The notes under the pieces: model-generated | Databases searched by the model: none | The model's input: only the letters and a program-made list of their open reading frames with translations | Told to the model about the DNA's origin: nothing | DNA from: an uncultured Gemmatimonadales bacterium | Lineage (GTDB): Bacteria > Gemmatimonadota > Gemmatimonadetes > Gemmatimonadales > Gemmatimonadaceae | Direction: 5' to 3' | DNA: 64,000 nt | Assembly (NCBI GenBank): GCA_963707505.1 | Contig: CAVPQB010000004.1 | Location: 1-64,000, forward strand | Program-made: the position numbers and the translations under genes | Part shown: positions 39,800 through 51,333 of the stretch, piece after piece | How positions within the stretch are numbered: the first letter of the stretch is position 1 | Layout: each line of letters opens with the position of its first letter

Positions 39800-41029
39800 C
39801 TATGCCGTCCCGCTCTCCGCGAACATCGTCATCGCCTCGCTCACCCCCGCAACCAGCGCATCCACGTCGCTCTCGTCGTTGTAGATGTAAAACGACGCGC
39901 GTGCGGTCGAGCTCACGCCGAGCCGACGCATCAGCGGTTGTGCGCAGTGGTGACCGGAGCGTATGCAGACGCCAGTGCTGTCCAGAATCGTAGCAAGGTC
40001 GTGCGCGTGAACGTCGGCGACGTTGAACGAGATCACACCGCTGCGTTGCGCCGGCGGTGGACCGTAGATCGTGACGTCGCCCAGCTCTTCTAGACGCTGC
40101 TGAGCCAGTGCGACCAGCTTCTGCTCGTGCGCCTGGACGTTTTCCATCCCGATCGCGTCGAGATATTCCACCGCCGCGGCGAGGCCGACCGCACCTGCGG
40201 AATTGGGTGTTCCCGCCTCGAACTTGTGCGGCAACGGCGCCCACGTAGTCGTCTCGTCGTACACGAATTCGATCATGTCTCCGCCGAACTGGTACGGCGG
40301 GATTCGCTCCAGAAGCTCGCGTTTCGCGATCAGGCCGCCCAGTCCCATGGGTCCGCCCATCTTGTGGCCGCTGAAGGCATAGGCGTCCACCCCGAGCTCG
40401 TCGAACCCGACGCGGATGTGTGGCGCCCCCTGGGCACCGTCGCACACGATCATCGCGTCGCAGCGGCTGCGCACCATCGCAGCTATCTGGCTCACCGGGT
40501 TCACCGTGCCCAAGGCGTTGGAGACGTGGCCAAATGCGACCACCCGCGTTCGAGGCCCGAGCATCGAGGCAAGCATGTCGAGATCGATCTGGCCGTCCGG
40601 CGTCAGCTCGCAGATCCGGAACCTCGCACCCGTCGCCAGCGCCGCCTGTTGCCAGGTGACGAAGTTGGAGTGGTGTTCCATCGCCGTGACCACTATCTCG
40701 CCAGTCGAACGGTTGTTCGGTAATGTATTCGAACGACTGTACGAGGATGCAAGCAGGTTCAGCGCTTCGGTTGTCCCGCGGGTGAAGATCAGCGTATCGG
40801 GATCCTTCGCGCCCAGAAATCTGGCGATCCCGGTGCGGGCACGATGATACCGCTCCGTAGCATCCACCGAGAGCGAATAGGCGCCCCGGTGCGGATTGGC
40901 GTAGCTGTGCTCGTAATAATCACGGATCGCGTCCAGCACGACCTTCGGTTTCTGCGCCGAAGCAGCCGAATCGAGATAGTGCAGCGCCGGATTGGCGGCC
41001 AGCAGGGGGAAGTCGGAGCGGTATGCCAT
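39800..41029 (-). CDS. sufS: Cysteine desulfurase
   Basis: [29 protein letters not shown]. Confidence 0.95.
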   Translation of the reverse strand: MAYRSDFPLLAANPALHYLDSAASAQKPKVVLDAIRDYYEHSYANPHRGAYSLSVDATERYHRARTGIARFLGAKDPDTLIFTRGTTEALNLLASSYSRSNTLPNNRSTGEIVVTAMEHHSNFVTWQQAALATGARFRICELTPDGQIDLDMLASMLGPRTRVVAFGHVSNALGTVNPVSQIAAMVRSRCDAMIVCDGAQGAPHIRVGFDELGVDAYAFSGHKMGGPMGLGGLIAKRELLERIPPYQFGGDMIEFVYDETTTWAPLPHKFEAGTPNSAGAVGLAAAVEYLDAIGMENVQAHEQKLVALAQQRLEELGDVTIYGPPPAQRSGVISFNVADVHAHDLATILDSTGVCIRSGHHCAQPLMRRLGVSSTARASFYIYNDESDVDALVAGVSEAMTMFAESGTA

Positions 41030-41116
41030 GGTTTATCTACAAAAAGCCGACAAAATCACTTACCTTTACATCAATCTACGCGAAAGTGTAGTAACGCCAA
41101 GGAGTTAGACGCAGTA

Positions 41117-42553
41117 ATGAGCACCGCAATCGAGTCACTCGTCAACCGTGAGTACCAGTACGGCTTCGTAAGCGACATCGAGTCCGACACCGTCGCGCCG
41201 GGTCTGAGCGAGGAAGTGGTCCGCATAATCTCCGCGAAGAAGCACGAGCCCGAGTGGTTGCTCGACTGGCGTCTCAAGGCTTATCGCCGCTGGCTCACGA
41301 TGAAGGAGCCGCACTGGCCCAACGTGAAGTATCCGCCGATCGACTACCAGGCGGCTCGCTACTACTCGGCGCCGACCAGCGTCAAGCCGCTGCAATCGCT
41401 CGATGAGGTCGACCCCGAGCTGGTGCGCACGTACGAGAAGCTGGGGATCTCGCTCAACGAGCAGAAGTTCCTCTCCGGCGTCGCGGTGGACGCAATCTTC
41501 GATTCGGTCTCCGTCGGCACGACGATGAAGGAAGAGCTCGCCGCGCACGGCGTGATCTTCTGCTCGTTCGGTGAAGCGGTGCAGGAGCATCCCGAGCTCG
41601 TTCGCAAGTATCTGGGCTCGGTCGTTCCGTACAGCGACAACTTCTTCGCGGCGCTCAATAGCGCTGTGTTCAGCGACGGATCGTTCTGCTACGTCCCCAA
41701 GGGCGTGAAGTGCCCGATGGAGCTGTCCACGTATTTCCGCATCAACGCGGCGGATACCGGTCAGTTCGAGCGCACGCTCATCATCGCTGATGAAGCCGCA
41801 TCGGTGAGCTATCTCGAAGGATGCACCGCACCCAAGCGGTCGACCAACCAGCTGCACGCCGCGGTAGTCGAGCTGGTCGCGCTGGACAACGCGACCGTCA
41901 AGTACAGCACGGTGCAGAACTGGTACGCTGGCGACGCTGAGGGCAGGGGCGGCATCTACAACTTCGTCACCAAGCGCGGCAAGGCTGCGGGCGTCAATTC
42001 AAAAATTTCGTGGACGCAGGTCGAAACGGGATCGGCGATCACGTGGAAGTATCCGAGCGTGCTGCTCGTTGGTGACAATTCGGTCGGCGAGTTCTATTCC
42101 GTCGCCGTGGTGAACAATCATCAGCAGGCGGATACGGGCACCAAGATGATCCACATCGGCCGGAATACGAAGTCGACGATCGTCTCCAAGGGAATCTCTG
42201 CAGGTCACGGCAACAACAGTTATCGTGGACGCGTACAGGTGATGCCGCGTGCGGACAATGCGCGCAACTACACGCAGTGCGATTCGATGCTCATCGGCAA
42301 TCGCTGCGGTGCGCATACCTTTCCGTACATCGAAGTCGCCAATCGCACTGCAACCGTCGAGCACGAAGCAAGCACGTCCAAGATTGGCGAGGATCAGATC
42401 TTCTACTGCAAGCAGCGCGGAATAAGCGCGGAGCAGGCGGTATCGATGATCGTGAGCGGATTCTGCCGAGAAGTTTTTCAGGAGCTGCCGATGGAATTCG
42501 CGCTCGAAGCGCAGCAGCTGCTCGGAATCACGCTCGAAGGGAGCGTTGGTTGA
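41117..42553 (+). CDS. sufB: Fe-S cluster assembly protein SufB
   Basis: [41 protein letters not shown] upstream. Confidence 0.97.
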   Translation: MSTAIESLVNREYQYGFVSDIESDTVAPGLSEEVVRIISAKKHEPEWLLDWRLKAYRRWLTMKEPHWPNVKYPPIDYQAARYYSAPTSVKPLQSLDEVDPELVRTYEKLGISLNEQKFLSGVAVDAIFDSVSVGTTMKEELAAHGVIFCSFGEAVQEHPELVRKYLGSVVPYSDNFFAALNSAVFSDGSFCYVPKGVKCPMELSTYFRINAADTGQFERTLIIADEAASVSYLEGCTAPKRSTNQLHAAVVELVALDNATVKYSTVQNWYAGDAEGRGGIYNFVTKRGKAAGVNSKISWTQVETGSAITWKYPSVLLVGDNSVGEFYSVAVVNNHQQADTGTKMIHIGRNTKSTIVSKGISAGHGNNSYRGRVQVMPRADNARNYTQCDSMLIGNRCGAHTFPYIEVANRTATVEHEASTSKIGEDQIFYCKQRGISAEQAVSMIVSGFCREVFQELPMEFALEAQQLLGITLEGSVG

Positions 42554-42689
42554 TGGGCAGGCACGGTGGCCTGCACGTACGGGCGCGGATGCATCCGCGC
42601 CGCGCGGATTCACTCTCATCCGGGATGAGTGTTTCGTTCATCCCCTGGACGCGTCAAAGCGGGGATCCATTTTCATCAGACCTGAATAC

Positions 42690-43436
42690 ATGCTCGATAT
42701 AACGTCCCTCCGTGCCGGAATCGCCGAACGCGAGATCCTCAAGGGAATTGATCTCAACATCAAGCCCGGCGAAGTGCACGCAGTCATGGGGCCCAACGGC
42801 TCCGGAAAATCCACGCTCGCGCAGGTGCTCGCCGGCAACCCGGCATACGAAGTGCTCGGCGGCTCGGCGATCTACAGCGGCGAGCAGTTGCTGGAGATGG
42901 AACCCGAGGTGCGCGCACAGAAGGGAATATTTCTCGCGTTCCAGTATCCGGTCGAGATTCCCGGCGTCACCAACGCTTACTTCCTTCGCTCGGCGTACAA
43001 CGAGATTCGCAAGGCGCGGGGTGAGGAAGAGATCGATCCACTCGAGTTCCTCGACCTGATCGAGGAGCGCATGAAGCTCGTAGAGATGGACGCATCGATG
43101 CTCAATCGATCGGTGAATGCCGGCTTCTCCGGCGGCGAGAAGAAGCGCAACGAGATTTTGCAGATGGCTGTGCTGCAGCCGAAGCTCGCGATTCTCGACG
43201 AGACCGATTCCGGCCTCGACATCGATGCGCTGCGCATCGTGGCTGGCGGTGTGAACGCGTTGCGCCGCCCCGATAACGCGACGATCGTAGTGACGCACTA
43301 TCAGAGGTTGTTGAACTACATCGTGCCCGACTTCGTGCACGTCCTCGCCAACGGCCGCATCGTCCGGTCCGGTGGCAAGGAGCTCGCGCTGGAGCTGGAA
43401 GAGCGCGGTTACGACTGGCTGCTCGACGCGGCATGA
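42690..43436 (+). CDS. sufC: Fe-S cluster assembly ATPase SufC
   Basis: GPNGSGKST, FQYPVEIPG, FSGGEKKRNE, DETDSGLD. Confidence 0.97.
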   Translation: MLDITSLRAGIAEREILKGIDLNIKPGEVHAVMGPNGSGKSTLAQVLAGNPAYEVLGGSAIYSGEQLLEMEPEVRAQKGIFLAFQYPVEIPGVTNAYFLRSAYNEIRKARGEEEIDPLEFLDLIEERMKLVEMDASMLNRSVNAGFSGGEKKRNEILQMAVLQPKLAILDETDSGLDIDALRIVAGGVNALRRPDNATIVVTHYQRLLNYIVPDFVHVLANGRIVRSGGKELALELEERGYDWLLDAA

Positions 43437-44830
43437 CCCAGGTCATGACTGACGCCGTTCTGACGCAGGCCCCCGACTCGCCGGAAGTCGGACGCGCAGG
43501 CGCACCGATGCCCGTCGCGACGCGCGACGCGCGCGCCGCCGAATATGTGACGCTCTTCGATGAGATCGAGCGCGGTAGCGAGCCACAATGGCTCGGCGCA
43601 CAACGTCGCGCGTCGATCGAGAGCTTCGCGACGCTCGGATTCCCCACTACCAGGAACGAGGACTGGCACTTTACCAGCGTGGCCTCGCTCATCGAGCGGA
43701 CCTACGCACCCGTCGCACGGGCATCGTCGGCACTGAGCGCGCGCGACATCGAGCCGTTCCGCTTCGAAGGTGAGTGGCAGACGCTGGTATTCCTGAACGG
43801 GAACTTCGTCGCTCATCTGTCAGACATCGAGGCGAGCGCCATGCTGTACTCCGGTCCGCTGCGCGATGTGTTGTCCGACGATCGCTACGCACGCGTGATC
43901 GAGCAGCATTTTGGCGCACTCGCTGACACGCGCACGCACGCATTCACCGCGCTCAATTCGGCGTTCTCCGGCGACGGCGCATTCGTGCACGTCGCAGCGA
44001 ACACCATAGCACCGCGCAGCGTGCACCTCATCTTCGTGTCGGATGATTCCGCGGAAGGTGCGCTGGTATCGCCGCGCAACCTGATAGTGATGGAGCATCA
44101 CGCCGAGGCGACCGTGGTGGAGAGTTATGTCTCGCTCGGGAATGCGAATTATCTCACCAATGCGGCGACCGAAGCGTATGTCGCCGACGGTGCGCGGCTC
44201 AGGCACTACAAGATCCAGCGCGAGAGTCTTCGCGCATATCACATCGGGTCGTGGTATGCCAATCAGGGTCGCGATTGCGCTTACGAGGCATTCTCGTTCG
44301 CGGTCGGCGCAGATCTCTCGCGCACGAACATCGCGACGCTGCTCGACGGCGAAGGCTCGCACGTTTCGCTGGATGGTCTGTATCTCGTGAATGGCGAGCA
44401 GACCGTGGATCACCAGACCAGCGTCATTCACGCGAAGGAGAGCTGCACCAGCCATGAGCTGTACAAGGGCGTCATGGATGGCGAGTCGCACGCAGTCTTC
44501 AATGGCAAGGTGTACGTTCGGCCCGAAGCACAGAAGACCGATGGCAAGCAGAGCAACAACAATCTGCTTCTGTCGGAAGGTGCGCGCGTCGATACCAAGC
44601 CGCAGCTCGAGATCTACGCCGACGACGTCAAGTGCACGCACGGCGCGACGATCGGACCGGTTGATTCGACAGCCTTGTTCTATCTCAAGAGTCGCGGCAT
44701 TGGTCCGGAGATAGCCCTGCGGTTACTTACCTACGCGTTCGCAGCTGAAGTTCTGGAAGAGTTGACGATTCCCGCCGTGCGCGACGAGCTGGAGAAGCTG
44801 GCGTTCGAGCGATTCGCTGTGGGTGTGTAG
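43433..44830 (+). CDS. sufD: Fe-S cluster assembly protein SufD
   Basis: EDWHFT, VFNGKVYV, KPQLEIYADDVKCTHGAT, FYLKSRG. Confidence 0.95.
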   Translation: MTQVMTDAVLTQAPDSPEVGRAGAPMPVATRDARAAEYVTLFDEIERGSEPQWLGAQRRASIESFATLGFPTTRNEDWHFTSVASLIERTYAPVARASSALSARDIEPFRFEGEWQTLVFLNGNFVAHLSDIEASAMLYSGPLRDVLSDDRYARVIEQHFGALADTRTHAFTALNSAFSGDGAFVHVAANTIAPRSVHLIFVSDDSAEGALVSPRNLIVMEHHAEATVVESYVSLGNANYLTNAATEAYVADGARLRHYKIQRESLRAYHIGSWYANQGRDCAYEAFSFAVGADLSRTNIATLLDGEGSHVSLDGLYLVNGEQTVDHQTSVIHAKESCTSHELYKGVMDGESHAVFNGKVYVRPEAQKTDGKQSNNNLLLSEGARVDTKPQLEIYADDVKCTHGATIGPVDSTALFYLKSRGIGPEIALRLLTYAFAAEVLEELTIPAVRDELEKLAFERFAVGV

Positions 44831-44837
44831 CGACCGC

Positions 44838-44865
44838 CGTCATCCCTGCGAAAGCGGGGATGACG
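44838..44865. repeat. REP family A hairpin
   Basis: CGTCATCCCTGCGAAAGCGGGGATGACG between convergent genes. Confidence 0.75.
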
Positions 44866-44887
44866 ACTTCCAACCCGCGACCTCGCG

Positions 44888-45397
44888 TTACCTGAGGTTC
44901 AACACCCAGTACGCCGCGCCGCCGACTATCACGACGGCGGCCAGTAAAACGAGCGGCATCATCTTCATGCCGTTCTGGGGCGGCTGAAGCTCCGGCGCGT
45001 TCGGCTGGCCGGGAAATGTCAGCGTCGGACGCTTGCCATCCACCGTGGCCGGACGCTCCACCGGGGTCGCGATCTTCATCGCGACTGGTAGCCGCTCTCG
45101 TGTGAAGATGAACTTCATCGACCCGACCAGAAACGTCGAGCCTTCGTGGAGAGGCTGCGGAGCGAGAACCGGCATCGAGTTCATCACCGTAGTGGTCGAC
45201 CCCACGGGATGCAGAACGAACGCGTCACCCTCCTGCCGGATCTCCGCGTGATGGCGCGAGACAGCCACCTCGTTCACGGTGATGTCGCACGCTGTCTCCC
45301 GCCCGATCGAGAGCGGACGATCCGCAGGGATCGGGTACGCCTTGTGCTCGTAGGCGTGAATCAGATAGGGCGTGCCCGCCGCGTTCGCTTCCGACAT
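44888..45397 (-). CDS. FHA domain membrane protein
   Basis: IGR..CDI...VSRHHA; C-terminal TM segment. Confidence 0.85.
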   Translation of the reverse strand: MSEANAAGTPYLIHAYEHKAYPIPADRPLSIGRETACDITVNEVAVSRHHAEIRQEGDAFVLHPVGSTTTVMNSMPVLAPQPLHEGSTFLVGSMKFIFTRERLPVAMKIATPVERPATVDGKRPTLTFPGQPNAPELQPPQNGMKMMPLVLLAAVVIVGGAAYWVLNLR

Positions 45398-45547
45398 TGT
45401 CAGTTCTGACGATTCTGGTTCTGCAAAGGGCACACCGCAGCCGGTCGGTCCGGTCTTTCTGTCGCCCTTCGCAAGTATCGTCACACGGTGACCGACCTGT
45501 CAGAATGCGATCACGCAGCCGCGATTACGGCACCCCCAGGAGCGTCA

Positions 45548-46057
45548 TCACGATGCGAACGGATTGTCCGACAGATGCTCATCGACGATGTACCAGTGTT
45601 CGCCTCGCAGCACGAAAACGGCGGTCCAGGCGCCCCCTATCACGTGCGGCAGTCCACTCGGCTGTCTGTGCGGGATTCTGTACGTCGCGGTCATTACCGC
45701 CACGCCGGGGGCAAGTACGTCGATGTGCATGGCCGTCCACTCCACGTGCGCATCGCGCATATTTTGCCCGACATTGGTCCAGAATGCCTGGATGCCCGCC
45801 CTGAGCGAATCTCGTGATGTTGTGATCCGCCCGCCGCTGGCCGACAGGATCGGTCCGGTGGGGGCGTACAGGGCCATGAGGTTCCCGGGAACGTCCCGGC
45901 GCGTGAAGTCATAGGCCGCCTCGACCTCGGACCGGATCGCCCGCTGGGCCGAAATGCGCTGGAGTGCGGTCACACCCGACGCGGCCCCGGAGCATCCCAG
46001 TCCGGCGAGTCCCGCGAGGGCCGCGAGGGCCGCGATCAGCACCAGATTTCGGGTCAT
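45548..46057 (-). CDS. NTF2/SnoaL-like (DUF4440-type) lipoprotein
   Basis: GLGC lipobox; WTAVF...WYIVDEHLS. Confidence 0.75.
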   Translation of the reverse strand: MTRNLVLIAALAALAGLAGLGCSGAASGVTALQRISAQRAIRSEVEAAYDFTRRDVPGNLMALYAPTGPILSASGGRITTSRDSLRAGIQAFWTNVGQNMRDAHVEWTAMHIDVLAPGVAVMTATYRIPHRQPSGLPHVIGGAWTAVFVLRGEHWYIVDEHLSDNPFAS

Positions 46058-46135
46058 GAGGATGGAACCTTGGAATACACCGGGGGTTGAGTACGCGGGT
46101 AGAAATATGGTCGAAGGACGTCCGCTGGAGGACAC

Positions 46136-46738
46136 ATGCGTTACGGGTCGCTGTTTGCTTCCGCCGCGGTGCTGTTGAGCGTTGCCGCGTGCAAGGGAAA
46201 GGACGCCAGAATGAGCGATGATCTGGCGAAGGACCTGGCTACTGCCAAGACTAACGATGCTCTCGCACTCGCACCCCACGCGGGCCTGCAGACCGTCGTG
46301 TCTCCCGAGGAGCTATCGCCCCAGGGTCGCGCGAAACTTCGATCGTCCAGCAAATCGACGCGACTGGTCAGTAGTCGCGCCACGCATCGTGATGTGACGC
46401 CGTCGCCAGCTGCCGCGCTTCCACCGCTGCCTGTGGCCACAACCACATCCGAGCCTGCGGCGACCAGTGCCGATGTCGCGTCCGCGACTCCAGCCCCGGT
46501 CGATCAGCCAGCTGTCGCCACACCGCGTCCGCAACCCGTCGACGTCTCCTATCCCTCGGGTGAGTCGGGATCGACACACAGCGGCGGAGGACTCGGCGGA
46601 ATCCTCGGCGCGATCGGCGGTGCAATATTACGTGGCGGCGTGGTCGATGGCGATCACTGCGATCCTCGCGGACGTCACGGCCGCGGTGGAACTATCTTGA
46701 TCAATCAGCGCGGTCCAATCCTTCGTGGCAATTACTAG
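46136..46738 (+). CDS. Hypothetical lipoprotein
   Basis: GGAGG SD, VAAC lipobox, C-terminal LRGGVVDGDHCDP. Confidence 0.7.
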   Translation: MRYGSLFASAAVLLSVAACKGKDARMSDDLAKDLATAKTNDALALAPHAGLQTVVSPEELSPQGRAKLRSSSKSTRLVSSRATHRDVTPSPAAALPPLPVATTTSEPAATSADVASATPAPVDQPAVATPRPQPVDVSYPSGESGSTHSGGGLGGILGAIGGAILRGGVVDGDHCDPRGRHGRGGTILINQRGPILRGNY

Positions 46739-46755
46739 GCGAACTTAAAAACTCA

Positions 46756-47685
46756 ATGAGATCAATCCGTCCCGCGGCGATCTGTGCAATAGCGCTACTC
46801 GCCGCCGCTGCATGCAACAAGGGCGACAGCAAATCCGGCCAGGATCCTCTGGCGCAGGACTCGTCACTCTCGCGCGATCTCCAGCTCGCGAACAACGATA
46901 CGGCCGCGCAGCCGCAGCTCAAGGACGTTCCCACAACACCGCCGCCAGCGCCGCCTCGCGCCGCGGTAGTCGAGAAAAAGCGTGTCGCCGTCGCCCCGCC
47001 GCCACGTAAGCGCACGCCTGCGCCGGAGCCAAAGGCCCCAGCCGTTGCTCAGGCGGCCGCGCCGGTGACCACACCTTCTGGTAATACAGTCGTCAGGGCG
47101 CCTTCGACGGGCGGCAATAGCGAGGGAACGGTGGGCGTCGTCTCAGCCGGCACCAATCTCTCGCTCAGCTCGGGGCAACGCGTCTGCACCAACACCAACA
47201 GCGTCGGCGACCGCATAACGGCGACCCTCTCCGAAGCCGTTTCCGGATCCAACGGCGTCGTGATCCCAGCGGGCGCTACTGCTGTTCTCGAGGTCACGTC
47301 GCTCGGCCGAAGCAACCAGGCTGGTGAGAACATGAACATCGGGCTCGTGGTCCGCTCGATCACATACGGTGGCAAGACCTATCCGGTGAACGGCCAGATA
47401 GTCAGCGCCGGCGTCGAAAAGGTGAAGGCGGCCGATAACAACGACGCAACCAAGGTCGCCGGCGGTGCGGTCGTGGGTGCGATTCTCGGACACATACTGG
47501 GCGGCCGGTCCAAGACGAAGGGGACGATCATCGGCGCCGCCGGTGGTGCCGCTGCGGGCGCGGTACTGGCACACCAGACCGAGAAGTACGACGCGTGCCT
47601 GCCCAGTGGCGGACAGGTCGTCGTGAAGCTGGATTCGCCAATGTCGATTCAGAACGGCAGCGGGACGACAAGCGGCGTGATCTAG
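46756..47685 (+). CDS. Lipoprotein with beta domain and glycine zipper
   Basis: AAAC lipobox, Pro-rich linker, IPAGA, GGAVVGAILG...IIGAAGGAAAG. Confidence 0.75.
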   Translation: MRSIRPAAICAIALLAAAACNKGDSKSGQDPLAQDSSLSRDLQLANNDTAAQPQLKDVPTTPPPAPPRAAVVEKKRVAVAPPPRKRTPAPEPKAPAVAQAAAPVTTPSGNTVVRAPSTGGNSEGTVGVVSAGTNLSLSSGQRVCTNTNSVGDRITATLSEAVSGSNGVVIPAGATAVLEVTSLGRSNQAGENMNIGLVVRSITYGGKTYPVNGQIVSAGVEKVKAADNNDATKVAGGAVVGAILGHILGGRSKTKGTIIGAAGGAAAGAVLAHQTEKYDACLPSGGQVVVKLDSPMSIQNGSGTTSGVI

Positions 47686-47828
47686 CTGCGCGTCGTCAAT
47701 CCGGAAATCGGCGACACGGCGCAGCGACATGCAAATTGATCCGCTCACGGCCGATCATTCACGCATCAAGGGCCCCGACTGTGGGGCAGGGACGCATCCC
47801 CGCCTGCCACTCGTGCAATCGGACCTGA

Positions 47829-48708
47829 ATGAGCGCATGTAAGCCAGTCACCACCCCGATGCACGGAAAGATCTGTGTCATCAGCGGAGCAAACGCGGGC
47901 ATCGGCAAGGCTGCAGCCGAGGCGCTCGCTGGACTCGGCGCGCCGGATCGTGATGATCTGCCGTGACAGAGCGAAGGGCGAGCGCGCTCTTGCGGAGATC
48001 GTGACAGCTGCGGCCAAGGGCGGACACGGAGGTAGCGCAGAGCTCACCATCGCCGATCTCTCGTCGCAATCGGACGTACGCTCCATTGCAGCGGGAATTC
48101 TGGCCGCGCATCCCAGGATCGACGTGCTGGTGAACAATGCTGGCGTCGCACTCAAGCGTCGCGAGTTGACGGTCGACGGCATCGAGCGCACATTCGCGGT
48201 GAATTATCTCGCGTATTTCATGCTTGCCAATCTTTTGCTTCCAGGATTGCGTGCTGCTGGTAGCGCCCGGATCGTCAATGTCTCATCCGGTGCGCATCAG
48301 CGTGGCAGGCTCGACTTCGACAATCTCCAGGGCGAGCGCAGCTACAGCAACATTCGCATGTATTCCGCGAGCAAGCTGGAGGACGTGATGTTCACATACG
48401 CACTTGCGCGGAGGCTCGCAGGAAGCGGCGTCACGGTGAACGCGCTGCATCCGGGGGTCGTTGCGACGGAGATATGGCGACAGGCTCCCGTTCTCGAGTT
48501 TCTGAGTCGATGGTTCATGCTCACACCGGAGAAGGGTGCGCGCCCTACGGTCTATCTCGCTGCGTCGCCTGATGTGGAAGGCGTGACGGGGCAGTACTTT
48601 GACAAGTGTGAGCCGGCGAGGACAATTGCATTGAGTCACGACGTCGCGTTGCAGGAGAGGCTGTGGACGACGAGTGTGACCCTCACGGGCGTTGGCGCAG
48701 ATATCTGA
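47829..48708 (+). CDS. Retinol-dehydrogenase-like SDR; frameshift ~47942
   Basis: ISGANAGIG in the first frame; NNAG, YSASK and HPGVV in ORF 47875..48708. Confidence 0.88.
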
Positions 48709-48714
48709 TCGCAA

Positions 48715-49351
48715 ATGAGCAGTCGGCTTGAAGTTGCGCGCAGAAATGCGATGATGGTTGCACTCGTCGCGATGGCTGGGTGCGGTGCGAGCATACGTCC
48801 ACTGCCACCGCTGCCCGCTCCGGCACCGGAGTCATATCCATCCGGCGGAACGGCCCGGGTGCCGGCGGACGCGGACGATACATCGTACTTCGATGCCAAT
48901 CCGCTGATGGTTCCCGTGGACGGCGTTCAGCCGAGCGGTGTTTCGGACAGCTTCAATGAGCGGCGCGACAACGGCAGGACTCACCGCGCGAGCGATATTC
49001 TGGTTCCGAAAGGGTACGCGTGTCGTGGCCGCCGAATCGGGCACCATCATGCGGTTGAGCAGGAACGCGCTGGGCGGCATCACCATCTACATGATGGATG
49101 AATCGGGCCGGTTCATATTCTATTATGCGCATCTGGAAGGATACGCCGACGGACTCGTACCGAACGAGCATGTCCTGCAGGGCGAACTGCTCGGTTATGT
49201 TGGTATGACGGGAAACGCGCCAGTGCCGCATCTGCACTTTCAGGCCATGCGGCGCGATCCCGACCGGCGCGACTACTGGAACAGTCCAGCGGTCGACGTC
49301 AGAACGTTCTTTACAATTCCTGGAAAGGTGCGCGCGAGCAATGAACAGTAA
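48715..49351 (+). CDS. M23 peptidase lipoprotein; frameshift ~49013
   Basis: HRASD (HxxxD), YYAHL and PHLHF split over two frames. Confidence 0.85.
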
Positions 49352-49640
49352 GGAGCGAGCGAATCTGCGCGCCGAAGCGCAGCGATTGAGTCCGCTGGTT
49401 CACGTCGGACACGGCGGCATCACCGACGCAATCGTCAAAACGATGGACGACGTGCTTCGAACTCACGAGCTCGTGAAGGTGGATATCAGCCGCAATCTGA
49501 GTGCGCCGATCAAGGAAGTCGCGGGCGCGCTCGCCGACGCGACCGGGGCTGAAGTGGTGCAGGTGATCGGCCGGAAGGCGACGTTCTTCAGGGACAATCC
49601 AGAGCTGGAATGGAAGGGGAACGTCCCGCCCTGGCGTTGA
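49341..49640 (+). CDS. yhbY: YhbY/CRM-domain RNA-binding protein
   Basis: KERANLRAEA..L.P.V.VG..G, HELVKV, VQVIG. Confidence 0.9.
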   Translation: MNSKERANLRAEAQRLSPLVHVGHGGITDAIVKTMDDVLRTHELVKVDISRNLSAPIKEVAGALADATGAEVVQVIGRKATFFRDNPELEWKGNVPPWR

Positions 49641-49712
49641 AATCTGGTCCCACCGGCCTATCTTTCTTAAGATCGTCCGATCGCTCCATCGAAGGCCGAA
49701 CCAACCTGAGAA

Positions 49713-49976
49713 ATGCCCTACGTAATTACTGAAGCCTGCATCGGCGTAAAGGACCGTGCTTGCGTCGACGTCTGCCCCGTGGATTGCATCTACGAGGGCG
49801 AGAAGCAGCTATATATCCATCCGGATGAATGCATCGATTGTGGTGCATGCGAACCGGAATGCCCCGTGACGGCCATTTTCCCGGAAGAAGACGTTCCGCA
49901 GAACATGCGGCCGTACATCGCGCTCAACGCGGAAGTGTTCAAGGGGCCCAATCCACCCGGAAAGCCTCAACGCTAG
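49713..49976 (+). CDS. Dicluster (7Fe-type) ferredoxin
   Basis: C-x7-CVDVCPVDC and [12 protein letters not shown]. Confidence 0.93.
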   Translation: MPYVITEACIGVKDRACVDVCPVDCIYEGEKQLYIHPDECIDCGACEPECPVTAIFPEEDVPQNMRPYIALNAEVFKGPNPPGKPQR

Positions 49977-50073
49977 AGTTGCCTTTTTTCGTATTTGCAG
50001 GGCGCCTTCGGGCGCCTTTGCTGTTCCCGGGCTCGCCGCACCATCCTCATTGCACTCCCCAATCGGAAGCCAG

Positions 50074-51318
50074 ATGAAATCGTTGCACCGCTCGGTCGCC
50101 GCTTCAGTCGTCGCTACGCTGGCAATCGTCGTCTCCGCATGCGCGACCGCGCCGGTGCGACCAGTCACGGGTGTATCGGCAGCCGGTGCCCCGCCACAGG
50201 TCGTACTCGTCTCGATGGACGGATTCCGCCGCAGCTATCTCGATACTGACTCCGTCCCGACGCTCCACGCACTCGGCCGCGATGGCGTCACGGCCCAGGC
50301 GATGATCCCATCGTTTCCGACTCTCACCTTCCCGAATCACTACACCATCGTCACCGGTCTGTATCCCGAGCATCATGGAATAGTTGGGAATAGCATTTAC
50401 GATCCCGAGTTCCGCGCGCTGTTCACGATGAGCAACGCTGCTTCCAGGGAGAGCCGCTGGTGGGGTGGCCAGCCGATCTGGGTCACGGCGGAGAAGCAGG
50501 GCGAGCGCGCCGCGTCGATGTTCTGGGTGGGATCGGAAGTAGAGATCGACAGCGTTCGACCGACGAGATGGAAACCGTTCGACGCGAAGGTTCCGTTCGA
50601 TGCGCGAGTGGATACGGTGCTTTCGTGGCTCGATCTCACCGGCGCGCAGCGTCTGTCGCTCATCACGCTGTACTTCGACGAGCCGGATCACACCGGGCAT
50701 GAGGTAGGACCGGATTCGCCGAAGACTGCCGAGGCTGCGGCGCGCGCCGATAGCGCGCTGGGCAGACTGGTGCAGGGACTACGCGCGCGTGGGATGTACG
50801 ACAAGGTGAATCTGATAGTCGTCTCCGATCACGGCATGTCGCAGCTATCACCGGATCGCGTGGTGTATCTCGACGACGTTGTGGACACGGCGTCGATCAG
50901 AATCACTTCTCTGTCACCGGATCTCATGATCACGCCGCGTGACGGCGATGCGCCCGCGCTGCTCGCCAGAATCAGGAAACTGCCGCATGTGAGCGCGTGG
51001 CTCAAGGCCGACGTTCCGGAGCGTCTGCACTACAACGAGGGTCGCCGCATCACGCCAGTCGTCGCGGTCGCGGATGACGGATGGACGATCGCGACGCACG
51101 GATCTCGGCGCGGTCCTCCGGGCGGTGCGCACGGTTACGACAACGCGAACGCGTCGATGAATGCGATATTCGTAGCGCACGGCCCTGCGTTCAGGCAGGG
51201 AGTGACGATGCAATCATTCCCGAATGTGGACGTGTACGATCTGCTTGCGAAGCTGCTTCGCTTGCAACCGGCGCCTAACGACGGATCACTGCAGCCGTTT
51301 GCCGAGGTGTTGCGCTGA
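50074..51318 (+). CDS. Ectonucleotide pyrophosphatase/phosphodiesterase lipoprotein
   Basis: SMDGFR, TFPNHYT, EPDHTGH, SDHGM, HGYDN. Confidence 0.93.
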   Translation: MKSLHRSVAASVVATLAIVVSACATAPVRPVTGVSAAGAPPQVVLVSMDGFRRSYLDTDSVPTLHALGRDGVTAQAMIPSFPTLTFPNHYTIVTGLYPEHHGIVGNSIYDPEFRALFTMSNAASRESRWWGGQPIWVTAEKQGERAASMFWVGSEVEIDSVRPTRWKPFDAKVPFDARVDTVLSWLDLTGAQRLSLITLYFDEPDHTGHEVGPDSPKTAEAAARADSALGRLVQGLRARGMYDKVNLIVVSDHGMSQLSPDRVVYLDDVVDTASIRITSLSPDLMITPRDGDAPALLARIRKLPHVSAWLKADVPERLHYNEGRRITPVVAVADDGWTIATHGSRRGPPGGAHGYDNANASMNAIFVAHGPAFRQGVTMQSFPNVDVYDLLAKLLRLQPAPNDGSLQPFAEVLR

Positions 51319-51333
51319 TTCGCTGATCGCGAA

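Noticed and set aside
40844..41116. N-terminal extension of SufB in the ORF track
   Set aside because: It overlaps sufS on the opposite strand. Homology and the SD support ATG 41117. Similar over-extended starts were trimmed for several other genes.
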